Assembly (NCBI GenBank): GCA_051530055.1
Contig: CM121342.1
Coordinates: forward strand, 14,895,480-14,959,479
Reading direction: 5' to 3'
Source of the DNA: Neoechinorhynchus agilis
Taxonomy: Eukaryota > Animalia > Acanthocephala
DNA: 64,000 nucleotides
In this document: one piece after another, positions 12,749 through 25,290 of the stretch
Layout: each line of letters begins with the position of its first letter
Numbering within the stretch: position 1 is the stretch's first letter
Notes under the pieces: generated by a model
Databases searched by the model: none
What the model was told of the DNA's origin: nothing
Seen by the model: only the letters and a program-made list of their open reading frames with translations
Made by a program: the position numbers and the translations under genes

Positions 12749-14483
12749 TTCCATTGTAGATGCTACAAAATCGAAGGTTTCGCGAATTTATTGCAGTTCC
12801 AATTTTGTTCATCACGTCGGTTCTCTTGTTTGCGATTCGGACAAAGATTTGAGGTGATTAAAGGAAGAATATTATCCGAAAAAGAGTTTTGACTTGTGAA
12901 TTTCACGCTTTATCGAAAGTTATGGATATAATTAATCCTGTGTGTTTCGTTTATGTCGGCTAAGTGAATGCAATTATTTGTTATAGCTTCTTGAGCCATC
13001 ACAGGTTATATAGATGCAAAAATATCGATCCGATTGCGTCGTTTCCTTATTCTTTAAAGGCGACCTCTATGGTTAGGATTAAAAAGAGAGGACCAAGTAA
13101 AGACGGAAACGCATTGCTTTAAAATCACTAATAAAGATTTGCTTTTAAAGCAAATTTAATATACCAATGTGGAAACTGACACCTTACGAAGTTTCGTTGT
13201 GTTTTGTGACTATAAAGCCTAGTTTATCTTATATTTACGTTTTCTTGTGCGCTGAAATTCGCTGAGCAGATTATACGTTGTGTAAGTAGAGCAACTCATA
13301 TGAATGAATAATACGAGAGTACTTTTTTAAATAAAAATTGAGTGTAAAGGTTGGTACAGAAATGATAAAGAAAAACCACCTCTTATCTAGCAAGCAATGA
13401 CAAATTAAGTTTAGTTTTAAGCTTGAAAAAGCACGATAATCGGGGTTTGGAACGATTATTTCATGTACTAATAAGAAAGTACACTTATTTTTGGCATGCG
13501 TAGGATCCCGAACTTAAATATTATTTTATTCAAGCTCACACTGATCATTCTTGTCTTGTAAAGATACGTAGCGCTTTTAAATTATTGACGCTTTGGATAA
13601 GTACGATCATCAATATTTAACGATCTTTTTTGCTTTAGATAAGTTCGAATGCGGGAGTGCCTTGCAAAATATCTTCAGTGTTAAAAGCAGATTGATTGAA
13701 TCAAGAGTACAAACGTTTACCGAGTTACTCTTACAATCACAAGAAAATCTTAGATAATGTGCAAATTTTGAAAATGAAAAAGTCAAATTTGGGTTTTCAA
13801 AAGTAAGCCACAATAATCTTTTAGCAATTTTTATTAGAATTTGAAACTCTGAATATGGACTTCAAAATAGACTGCGGTTTTCTATTCATAAACTCATCTC
13901 AGTGATTCTAATAAAGCTGTTACTTTGTATAAGACGATAAATTGGAACGCACATAATCCACCGACGCCCGTAACCTTCTATGCAGATATCCAGCGAGTGG
14001 AACTTCGGCGTTCATCACGACAATTCTTAGCAATTAATCAAGTTTGTGAAAAAATTGTTGGCTCAACAATTGAATATAACAAATCGAGAAAGTTTAGGTG
14101 ATCGCTGTAAATTTTCAGTTCCACAAAGTGAACTATGGTTTCATCTTCTGGTATATGAAATTTTTTATTGGCGTTATTATTTTTTAGGCACTCTAATAAA
14201 TGTAAGAATATTTATTCGCTTTTGTAAAAAAATCAAATCTAAAAATAATAGATTCTAAACTACAACGAATGTATCTTTATATTGAGGTTTTTTAAAAGGC
14301 AACGAAGAGTCTTTAAAGTTTTACTTCCTCCAATTGATCCCGAAAATTGGTTTGAATGCTACTAAAAACTTCTCTACGTAATGGCTAAAATAACCTGTGT
14401 CATTGTTGTTGTTCGCTCAGGTTGACTATGTTTTTCATAGTCTTCTTATATAATCCACGGCAAGAACAACGCTCGTGCTGTCG

Positions 14484-15081
14484 ATGGACCGAAATATTGA
14501 GCGTGAGTCAGTGTACGAAATCTACGAGCAGCTTCTGAAGAAAAGGTATTACGGTTGGTTCCTTTATTGAATAAGTAAGGAAAATTTTGTTGTTCTTTTC
14601 CGCTTTCTGCTGCTGAGGAATCTCTGCACGTCCCAAATGAGATATCCGTTGCCGTGAGCTGCGTTATTCGATGCAAATGGCATTATTCTGACTTTTCGCT
14701 TGTTCGCCACGCGTGCTTCATGCGGATATGTGAGAGAGAAGGAGTTCTATGAAGAGAACAAGAGTAACTTGTTGAGTCAGATCGAGCTGGATTTTTTTGG
14801 AGCGTACAATTGATGAATTTGTAGGGCTGCGATGGGAGTGGTGGGTCATTATTTTCGATTTACTCAACTAGAAACAATTTAGAGACGATTCCATTGCGAA
14901 GTTAAAGAATGAAGATGAAAGCAATGAAAAGTTCAATATCGTCTCGAATAGAATTCGACGAAAACAACTCACCTTCAACTATAGACAGTTCTATGCTTTC
15001 TGCACTCTACTTGTTTCAATCTTATTCATGTCCATTGTCTACTCGTTCTTTAAGATGTTGAATACTCTAAATAAAATATAA
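14484..15081 (+). CDS. Putative small multi-exon tail-anchored membrane protein, unknown
   Basis: Exon-like segments: MDRNIERESVYEIYEQLLKK (then GT donor), YVREKEFYEENKSNLLSQIELDFLERTIDEF, and a terminal DDSIAKLKNEDESNEKF..RQFYAFCTLLVSILFMSIVYSFFKMLNTLNKI* with a hydrophobic C-terminal helix. Splicing not fully resolved. Confidence 0.4.
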
Positions 15082-16049
15082 GCGCATTGTTTTCTGTCAC
15101 TGAGATGTCTGTTACAAACATATCATGAAGTTTGAAACCAAGATAATGTAAACGGCCTTAAAGTGGCATTTTTATTCAATTTACGCATTTAGTTTAAAAG
15201 ACCATAGTCGTGTCAACGGAAATCATTTTTCGAAATGTTAATGATTTTGACTCATCTTAACATAGATGTTTAAACATGCTCGCGTAAATCGATATTTTCA
15301 CAAGAAAAGCATTGCTTTGATTTTGATACTGAACTATTCTCGTAATAAAAACAAAAAGGTTTTATATCGGCAAGTAGTATATTTATCTTGGTAAAAAACC
15401 TAAAAACCAACGTTTATTTTCATAAGATAGTATTAAATTTGAAAAATTGATGTTATGAAGTAAAAGAATTATTTAGGTTTTACTCAAACGCATACATATC
15501 GGAGATTGCGCTTAAGAAAATTGAAGGCTTGCATAAAAGGCAAATTGATGAGAAGCTGATTGGATCTTATGCTTTCTAATCGCACTCCGATTAACGTATG
15601 GCAACGGCAAATATAAGCGCTTTGTGACTTTTAGAAGCAATTACAAAGATGAATGGAGTCTCAACAGAAGTATGATGTCCAAAATCTATTTATGAGCTGT
15701 GATTTCCTATTAATGAGACTATGTATACTGAACTTATAAATGGCGCATCAGTTATTTATGTTTTAGTAACTAATAATGTAGATTTCACTTTTGTCTCTGG
15801 AATCATCAGTCAGTTTTAATGCCTTTTTAGGTTAGATTTTGCTCCAGCGAAAAGATTCCATAATAAGTCCTTAATAATTAAAAGTCGCATTTTTGCCTCA
15901 CTGACCGCATAACGACAAACCAAGCCTAAGATTGGCTTGTTTGAGACTACAGAGAATTCGAGTGCTTATTCTGCGACTCGGATACAATGTTAAAATCACG
16001 ATTTTTTCGTGCTTTCATGAAAATACTTTATTAATACCCAACCACGGCA

Positions 16050-16758
16050 TTAAAATATAATTGCCTCACGGCGTGCATGGTGTCCACCGGTTTTTCTCCT
16101 TTCACTTGTTGATCTCGATGATAAATATGGATCAGACTGATGCCCAGAATAGATTGAACGGTTGGTATATCTTCCCCGATTTATTTTGCCATTTTGCTCC
16201 ATGAATCGATAACCGTTCATGAATTCGCCGAAATCCAGATATCCATCTTGATTAACATCAAACTTTGTGAACATTTCCGATGCCATTTTGCTCAATGAAG
16301 AATAATCCATCTTACATAGTGCGCAGGCTACAACAGTGCAGAATTTATCAAAGTCGATATATTGCTTATTTCCACTGAATCGATTGAATTCGTCATACAA
16401 TGCTTGCACTCGTTGCTGTTCAGCTGGACTCGCCATCAACATTGTATTATTTGTGCTATAAGGAGGCGTGAATTGAGGAATAGGCGGGTATATCGGTTTC
16501 CCGGTTCTAACATAGTCATGCATCATTGACATCATATTCGGTTGCTGAACATTTTGAACCTGAGGAATGAAGGCTATCTCTCTGCTGATTGGCTGAAAAG
16601 CTGCTGTATGTGGTGGATAAGGCGTGGCGTCCTTCATTTTCTTAAAGTTTTGCTGTCCCACCTAAAAGCGACGACACCACGAGGTAGTTACTTGCTTGTG
16701 TCTCGTCCAGAATGGTAAGTGCAGCAGGCTGAGCAGGTCTTGTCCTTCGATTTCCCAT
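16050..16758 (-). CDS. EF-hand calcium-binding protein with Pro/Gln/Met-rich N-terminus
   Basis: Canonical EF loop FDVNQDGYLDFGEF plus a degenerate loop (SGNKQYIDFDKF) in ORF 16661-16050. Probable exon 1 (16758-16696, MGNRRTRP..ETQ) is joined in frame by a 34-nt GC-AG intron. Confidence 0.8.
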
Positions 16759-17661
16759 TGTATTCAAGTCTTATCTACGTGAAAATGTAGGCGAGGAGAG
16801 GGAGCAAAACTTAAACGCGTACAATACAAATTGCAACTCAATTCTATACGTTTGCGCAATGAGTAAATGACAAGTCCTCTTGTATGGGGTCACGAGAAAT
16901 GTCAAAAGGCAAAGGATCCTTTCGAAGGTTATTCAAATGTTTCACCATACAAAATGGATGTCTGAAATGTGGCCCAAAGGATCATTCCGAATAGCCAAAT
17001 GATCACTAAAATTCTCAATGTTTACGATTAAAGAGTTCCGGAAGGAGCTAGGCACTATGAGGAATCTGGTTTCAAAAATAGAATTAGTCCTATACAAAAT
17101 GGGTAGAAAATTTAATGTTCAGAGTCAACTGTTATAGACACGCTTTATAGATAAACAACTATTTTAATGGCAGTTATTGAACCGATAAATCTGACAATCG
17201 GCACCATAATTTACTTAAAAATTAATAATTGCTTGTTTAAGGTTTGAAGAACTTTTGCTGAAATTTCTTAGCCATTTTATTTGAGCAAAAAAAATTGAAC
17301 TTCGCACCTTTATCTCTTGAATATCGATATGTACTCGTTGCCTAAAAACTTTTAAATGCGACACAAACAGCGAATTCGCGTTCAGTTTTTGGATATTTAT
17401 GCTGTTGCGAGTCAAAATCAAAATATCTTAATTTTTGTCCGTGAAAAACGCATTAAGGAAATTCAATTTTTGTGTTAAAACAAATTATTTTCTTTTTCCT
17501 AAATTTAACAGATATATCGCTCTTTTCCTGGATATCCTTGATTAATACCTTCGCGGAGATAAAGGTGACAGTAAAATGAAAATTTAGAGCAGGTGATCTA
17601 TTTGCTACCATTAATTTTGATTTTATTGTCAGTTTTATCCTCACAAAGGCAGTAAGATTGA

Positions 17662-17749
17662 ATTATTCATGGTTTTATATGGCGGTGCCGAAATATCGAA
17701 TCTAATAAATTGCTTCAATTTTTCCGCCATATAAAAACTTATGAATAAT
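17662..17749. repeat. Hairpin/MITE-like member of a dispersed repeat family (also ~35725-35800, ~56640-56690, ~59219-59290)
   Basis: Inverted arms attattcatggttttatatggcgg and ccgccatataaaaacttatgaataat. The core ccgaaatatcg.at.taataaatt...aattttt.cgcca.aaacaagcat recurs in whole or part at the other three loci. Confidence 0.6.
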
Positions 17750-19479
17750 ATTTTTCAATTTGATGATCCCTGTGGAGATCGTGATACATAAGTTAAATTT
17801 AAAATTTTTTTTAAGAACTGTCATTTTCCGGAATGGCTAAACAAGGAGTACTCAAAAGGTTTAAAAGTCAATGATTTTTTATGAAGTAAATCGTCCTAAG
17901 CGCATTTTTTTCTTGGTTACAAAATCTAGCGAAGATTATAATTTTTGTGTGTTATCGCCACTTTTCATAGGGACCCTCAAAACGAATTTGCTGGAAAGCA
18001 AAAACCAATGAATTATTAGGAGACTAGTTAAAAAGATGCAAAATCTTTTCTACTTTATAATAAGAAACAAAACTATGCATTTCACTTTAACAAATTATTG
18101 CTTTTCATCACAGAATTCAAACAAACATTTATTTTCTACCGATTGTTTACAAAATTGATTTTGTCAAAGGAAAATTTGCCAAAAAATGAAGTTAAGCACA
18201 TAAAAGAAACCGAAGACTTAAAAATGTATCTAGTTTCAAATTTATTTTCTTAGTGCTAGAAGGGTACTGAATGACTTCTCATTATTTTTTGTCGCCAAAT
18301 TTATCGCCCGGATTCCTACCCATTTCTCAGAACTAAAAGATATCATCGATATTTTGACCATTAAAAATTCATTACTCACAGTTAAGATATCAAAAGCGTT
18401 TTATTAAACAGATCGCTAGCCAAAAAAGTGATTACTGTGTGTACTTAAATCATAAAAAATTCAGTTAAATATAATTTGTTCTTGTCGAGTTTTGTACTTT
18501 CAAAATAAAGGCTTTCAAAAATAAATTTGGTGTGAAGCCTAAACTTCTTTTGCCTGCTACTTTATTCGGTAGTTAGGTATTATATCAACTACACCTAATT
18601 TTCTTTAAGGGGACGTTGCCAGAAACAAAGCACAGCGTCGAGGGTTTTTTGTTAGATAACGAGAATTGGACTGATGTACTTTTGGGTCTTCATTGTGGCA
18701 TTGTTTTTGATGAAGATAGGATAATCGTTATTTGACCGATAAACAAAATTGAATTGAAATTCGAGAATGCGGATTTTGTGAAGTATGTGGATGTCTGTTC
18801 GAGTGAGAATTTCCGGTCTTCCCTCAGGTTCATTTCAGGCTATGGAAAAACGAGCGCAGTTAGAGGGAGGTGCGAGGTAGAGGGAGGATAAAACAATTAA
18901 AGCTGTCAGCTGTTGAATACGTTCAACTATGAACCCTAAGAATAACGCTACTCTGCTTAGTATTTATTTCTCCTATTTCACATTAATAGAGGGGTGATTA
19001 ACACGTATTTAAATTATTCTTTCATAGGATCGAAATGCTGATGAGCATTATTATTCATCTGGCATAAAGTTTTGTTTAATCGTATTTTTAGATCATCACT
19101 GAACAGTTCGCTTGTTTTTATTCGGCTTTAAATAAGCTTGACCTTTTCTTTACCAATATGTAGAAATATGCATTTTAAAATTGATCAAAATTAATTGTCG
19201 TTAATATTCTGGGTTCTGTTTTTTCGTTATTAATTACGAAAATAACTTCGAATTGAAACGTACATCAAGAAAGATTTATAACAAGGAGTTTATTCGAGCC
19301 TTTCAATGGAAGACATATTTTAAACCCTTAATATATTCACATTGAATATTACTGGAGGATTTTTGAAGTGTCCAAACGTGAGGTTTTTAATAATTATATA
19401 CAACATGTGAACTTCGTTATTTGAGATATTAATGTGTAAATTTAGTGATTAAATAGCAATGCGTATATTATTAATCGAT

Positions 19480-22400
19480 ATAAAATCCTTCGGGATAATC
19501 AACTCAAATCGGTCGCCTGCTGGATGCGTTTCTTCGAAGTTCGCAGACAAAGATGTCAGAGGAACAGTTTGCTTTTTATCATCAATGGACAGTCTCGCCA
19601 AAGATGACGAAGAAACTTTACGAACTCTTCGTTCCAAACATCCGAGTGACGGCGGTCGGCAGTTTTTCGTTAAACCATCCTCCTTCGATACGATCCTTGT
19701 GTTTTATCATCGAAATCAAAATTGAAGATGGTAATTTCCTCTTTTGCTAACGGATCAGCTCACGGGATTGACGGGCTTCGGTCCCAATACCTAAAGGATG
19801 TGACTTCATTTTTAGTAGGTGACGCTGCTCAGTCCCTTGAAGATGCATTGGCACGTTTAGTCGATTAATTTGCAAGTGAAGAGTTAACGCCGAAATCAAC
19901 TGGGCTATTTTTCGGCGCATTTTTGTGTGCCCTCGTGTAAAAGGAAGGTGGGATTCGTTCCATTGCAATTGGAACAACTCTGCGCCGCTTAACAGCAAAA
20001 ATTTAAAAAAGGATCGCTGAAAATGTAAGGATACTGCTTCGCCCTACTCAGTTAGGCCGCCGTACACCTTGTGGCGGAGAGGGGATCGTTCATTAACTCA
20101 AAGCCGTGCGTGATCTTGAAATGTGATTTCAAAAATGAATTCAACGCATTTCATCGAGCAGATTTGCTCGAAGTAATTAGAGACCACGCACCAGAAGCAT
20201 TTCGCTATTTCGTTAATGCCTATGGGACTTCAATGCCTTTGTTGTTTAATAACCACGTTTTGTGCTATCGTGAAAGGTTTTTAGAACCTGCCCCCCGGGA
20301 TAGAATTAATTACTCTAGACCGGTTGAGTCTTCTAGGAAGCTTCATTTTTGGTTCTAATGTTCAAGCAGAGATTGCCAATCTTCAACTACAACTTTGGGT
20401 GCTGTGCGAACGAGTTGATGAATTATCTTCACGCGAGGCTCTGTTCCTGATCAAGAACACCCTCTTCATTCCAAAACTGCTGTATAAGCTTCGCACAGCA
20501 CCTCTTTGTAGACATTAGGATAAGTTGGCAAAATTAGACGAGAAGGTGAAAGCCTCTCTCGAGAAAATTTTAAATACTCAGCTGTCGGACGAGGTCTGAC
20601 GTCAAGAGTCCTTGCCTGTGTTGTCAGGCGGTTTGAATATCTGAAAAGCAGCCGATATTTCTCGGCCAGCTTATTTGGGATCGTATGAAGCAAGCCGCAA
20701 ATATAGTTAAATCCGTTCTTGGCGAGAATTACACTTTGGATGAAGATTTCGTGGAGGCGCTTAATCTTTGGGGTGGATATTCAGGCAGCGAGAGAATTCA
20801 CAACGCTTCAATTTCAGATTCTTGTGACCTGGTGAACCGAACTCGATTGACGGCAGCCTCTACAAGAGAATCAAGTGCTTGGCTCAACGCTATCCCGATA
20901 GCTCCTGTGGGTACCCTCCAACGAGACAGTAAGGATTGCAGTGTCCCTGAGACTTGGGGTACCGATGTGTATATCCCATCGTTGCCGTTGCGAAGCGACT
21001 GTGGATCCATCTGGGCGTCATTGTCTCGTCCGTCGGCAATCTGGCGGAAAGTACTAACGACGAGCAGAAGTGAACGCAATTCTTATCGTGTCCTGAATAC
21101 TGTGAATGCGCCTAACATCCTAGAGCCACTCAATCTTTACCGACTCGATGGCTGTAGACCGGACGGTGTCGCAGTATTCCCGTGGCGAGGAGAGGAAAAT
21201 GCCTTCTGTGGGACGCCACGTTCGTGAACACGCTCGCAGCCAGCAACTGGAGAAAGGACTAGTCGATTGCGTTTTGGAAGTGATCAGAACAAATAGTAGG
21301 ATCATATCGGTTTGATTCGATTTAGGAGGAGAGGATATCACCATAATATCTTCCTATGTCCCGCAAATCGCATGTACAGAGGAAAATAAACAGCAATTTT
21401 GGCAAAGCTTATCGAACACTGTTGCGAACTTGAAGAGCATTCGTTATGCGATTGACTTCAATGGACATGTGGGAAATAGAGGCGGTTGGTGAACGAAACG
21501 CCGAAGGTGAAAAGATTGCGACTGGCGAACACGTTTTTCCAAAAAGAGGATAGGTATATTAGTACCTATTCGAGCGGTGGAAAATCTAATCAAATTGATT
21601 TCATCCTAAACCCGATATTACGATGGCACAAAATGAAGAACGTTGAAACGATTCCCGGAGAAGATTGCGTATCACAACACCGAGTAGTAGTAGCAGACTT
21701 GACGATCAGAACAAAGAGGAAACGGTATGCCGGAAAGTGAACCCTCGAATCAGATGGTGGTTGCTAAAGGATACTGAGCTTCGAAGACTAGCTGGTGAAT
21801 CGCTAATAAGTAAGCTGGAAATGGAAGTTGACGACCCAGATGTATGGTGGAACGAATCATCAAAACTAATTCTGGTGGAACGAATGGGCATTCTTGGGCA
21901 GAAATCAGGCAGACCGCCTCTATCAGGTAAAGAGAAGTGGTGATGGAACCCAAGGGTAAAAGAAGCGATACGCCGAAAGCGAGATGCTAAGGAAATATGG
22001 ACCAGGCTCGAACAGTTGCATCTCATAAGGATTTCAAGGAGGCAAAGAAAAATGCGAGAAGGGAATGGGCGATGGCAAAGAGAGAAGGTCAAAGGATATT
22101 TCCAGCATCGAAAGGATCAAGGATTCGCCGGGAAGTACGTTGTCAAAAGAAAACGAGGTTCCTCTAAGATGGTGAGAGTATTTCGATAAACTCCTGAATA
22201 CAGAGAATCTGCGACAACCCAGCGAGGAGGCACCACCATGCGCGAATGCAGTGCAACCGTTCTCCTACAACGAAGTTGCGAGACAGCTTGGACGCATGAA
22301 ATTGGGGAAAAGTGTTGGACCGGATGGTATCCCGATCGAAATATGGAAAGCGTTGGGCAGTTTTGGTATTCAAGTGTTGACGAACCTATATCGAAGGATA

Positions 22401-23870
22401 TCACAATTTGGGGAAATGTGCGAAGCATGGCGAAGAAGTGTAGTTTTTCCGATCTAAAATCAAAAAGGAGATATTGAACAATGCAGCTTACTCATATAAT
22501 CAACCAAAGTTTCAAGACCGGAATCTTCCCTAATTGCTTTAAAACAGCTCGGGTAACCCGGCTCCCGAAATCAGGAAAACTTACGCCAATTTTCAATCGA
22601 AAAATTGCACTTATTCAATTCGGTTTCCGGCCCAGCCTTTCTGCAACTGAATTTCAAATCAGACAATTGTACGAAAGGTACAATGAAAAACAGAAGCTGC
22701 TATACAGTGCATTCGTGGTGTGCTTCAGAATGAAGAACTGTCCTGAGGAATACATAAGAGCAATCCAGATCATGTACGAAGGATCCTGCAATTGTGTCAG
22801 ATGCAGTGTGGGAGAGAAACTATTTTGAGGTTACAGTTGGATTGCATCAGGGATCAGCTCTCAGTCCGTTCCTATTCGCCATGATCATGGATGTGTTGGG
22901 TTCTAAGCAAATCGCCCACAAGCTTCCATGGACACTATTGTTTGCTGATGACTTGATTGTGACAGCCGAAACACGTGAAAGGGCTCAGCGAAGTATGGAA
23001 GGGTGGCGTGAGGCATTGGAAGCCAACGGTCTTAAGGTAAACAGGTTTAACACGATATGCATGGGACTGGAAGCGCTAAAGTTAGAAGGTGTCGATTTGA
23101 CGATGTGAAGAACAGTGAAATACCTAGGCAGCGAAGTAAATATGACAAATTCTCTTGGACCCGAAATAACTGTTCGTATACAAAGCGGGTGGATCAACTG
23201 TAGGAAGATGTCTAGTGTACTATGCGACAAAAGGATCTCACCGAAAATGAAAGGGCTGGTGCTCGAGACCGTGGTGCGACCCGCCATGTTAAATGGCGCA
23301 GAAACTTGGACGACCAAGCAAAACGACCTCAGAAGATTAGAAACGAACGAGATGAGGATGCTGAGATGGCAGCAGGGTACACTCTCAAGGATAAGAAAAG
23401 AAATGTGGACATCAGGGAGCTGTTCGGCACTTGCCGCTGTTCAGAGTTGATCGTCCAAAGAAGGTTGTGCTAGCACGATAAAGTTTCGAAGTGCGAAGCA
23501 GATCACATACTGCGCAGTACGGAGAAATTGGAAATAACGGGAAATCGCCACGAGGAAGTCCGAGGAACAATGGGTGGATTGCATCAAATAGTATAAATTG
23601 GTTGTCGAAGGAACCGCGACCTCTCGAGAGAGAGAGAAAAATGCGTGAGTGAGAAGGGGTCGAGACGCTCGGGTCGTTTGGTACCGCGACGCAGGACCTG
23701 ATCAAGCAATTGTCTAAGAGATTGAGACGAATCATTAGCGATCCGAGATGGGGAGCATTCCTTCTTCAAAACAAGTCTGGCTGTGCAACGAGGGAACGCT
23801 GCATCCGCCCTTTTTAAAGTTACACCAGGACGGCAGATGAGTGATCCAGAGTGGTGGTGTGAATGATTTC
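19480..23870 (+). mobile_element. Degenerate CRE-like (REL-endonuclease) non-LTR retrotransposon interrupted by an RTE
   Basis: DVRGTVCFLSS..LRSKHP, RSIAIGTTLRRL, FKNEFNAFHR, SREALFLIKN, ASTRESSAWLNAIP, RPDGV..WDATFVNTLAASN (to 21248). It resumes at ~23657 with GVETLGSFG..AVQRGNA and the same 3' end as 33150-33400. Confidence 0.85.
21249..23655 (+). mobile_element. 5'-truncated degenerate RTE-clade LINE nested in the CRE-like element
   Basis: APE motifs (SSYVPQIAC, DFNGHVG, LANTFFQK, NQIDFIL, SQHRVVVADL) and RT motifs (VGPDGIP, GLHQGSALSPFLF, LLFADD, KYLGS, VRPAMLNGAETW, EMRMLRW). Confidence 0.9.
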
Positions 23871-23960
23871 ATGTAGAAAATTGCTGATATTCCTAAAATA
23901 AGTTAACATTTAATTAAAATTGTTGTGAGCATTATCCGGGTATGAAATATTTTATTTATT

Positions 23961-23997
23961 TGAAATATTTCACGAGGTAACCTCGCCTCATCAGTCA
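23961..23997 (-). ncRNA. Minimal type I hammerhead ribozyme (intact-looking)
   Basis: UGA-CUGAUGA-G-GCGAGG-UUA-CCUCGU-GAAA-UAU-U-UCA: 3-bp stem I, 6-bp stem II, palindromic AUAU stem III. Confidence 0.75.
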
Positions 23998-24040
23998 TTG
24001 TAAATTAGCAACGGATCTAGGCGACTGGGTTAATTTACAA

Positions 24041-24077
24041 TGACTGATGAGGCAAGGTTACCTCGTGAAGGATTTCA
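24041..24077 (+). ncRNA. Mutated hammerhead copy
   Basis: UGA-CUGAUGA-G-GCAAGG-UUA-CCUCGU-GAAG-GAU: GAAA is changed to GAAG and stem II has a mismatch, so it is probably inactive. Confidence 0.55.
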
Positions 24078-24779
24078 AATATATAAAATATGTACTCATG
24101 CCCGGGATTATGCTCACCCCAATTTTAACACTTATGTTATTTGGTGTACTATAATTTAATGGAATACCAGACTATCCGCTACGTCAACTTTTTGAAACTT
24201 TATGTCTATTGTTTACGAGACAAACTATCTTTGTTTTTAATTCGAACAAGGGCACATACATTAAAAAATTATTTAACAACACACACATTGTCCTTTTTCT
24301 GGTACATTTTATCAGAATTTCCGTAAGGGTTGATCCAGCCAGAAGAGCAAGACTGAGTGTCGGATGAATCTCAAACCCTTAATATTTCCCTGCTCTGTGC
24401 AATTAGGCTAGCGATCAAGCGCGGAATATTTTCCCTTCTTGCTCAGTTTCATAACAAAGTTTATAAAAATGAAACCCTAAGTTTCCGAGCTCAACTACGT
24501 GCGATGAAACATAACGAACCACTCTTTATGGTTTTCCTTCACTTTTAGCGAACACCTCGAACATCTTTCTCATCCCAAAAAATCGAGGAGTAAGCAACTG
24601 CCCAACTTATTTCACTACAACCATAAAGGATAATGTCACAGGATTTCCACATTATACACTCTCTTTATCCCAAATCACGTAAATAATTATCTTTCTACCC
24701 CTACGTAGCTGATCCATGCAAAATCTCAACCCTAAACTCATTTCTATCATTACCACTCACTCATACTAATTTAAATTTT

Positions 24780-25290
24780 CGAGTCGCACTCCGACTTCTC
24801 TCTTTGGGATAATCAATCGTACCATATCGGCATCTTGTAACGATTTCTCCCTTAACTCACCACCCGCAACGAACAATGCAACTCCAATCTCCCTCTCCTC
24901 CGCCCCCGATTTACCGAAAGCAAAATTCCCTTCCCCATCGTTTTCGACTACAATACTCGTAGCCTACTTCCTAAACTAGATAAAATTTCACTCGTTTCAT
25001 CTACCTCAAAAGCCGACGTAGTCATCTTAACAGAAAGGTGGCTTACCCCCTTCAACAGCGATTCAGCCATCCTTCCCGGGTACTCTTCCTTCCATAAATA
25101 CCGAGAGCTCAATTTACGTACGGCAATCGCTATCATACTCTTTATCCTTCGCAGGCTCTCTACAAAACCTCGATCTAGAATTAGTCGCAGTCCATCTGAG
25201 AAACGGCCTTAGAGAATTCACCATTGTTGGCGTCGATCGCCCTCCTGCCTCCCGTTCTGACTCCTCTTTGCTCCAGCTTCATTGTATGAT
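24780..25290 (+). mobile_element. CR1/L2-like LINE fragment (APE endonuclease N-terminus)
   Basis: NTRSLLPKLDKISLVSSTSKADVVILTERWL..LPGYSSF at ~24950-25095 matches the APE N-terminal pattern N.RSL..K.D....D.I.LTE.WL. Confidence 0.65.

Larger units (their letters stand above)
23900..24140. repeat. Long inverted repeat made of two head-to-head Penelope-type hammerhead units
   Basis: Arms ~23900-24007 and 24031-24140 are reverse complements around a 23-nt spacer. Each arm contains a CUGAUGA..GAA hammerhead core. Confidence 0.85.
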
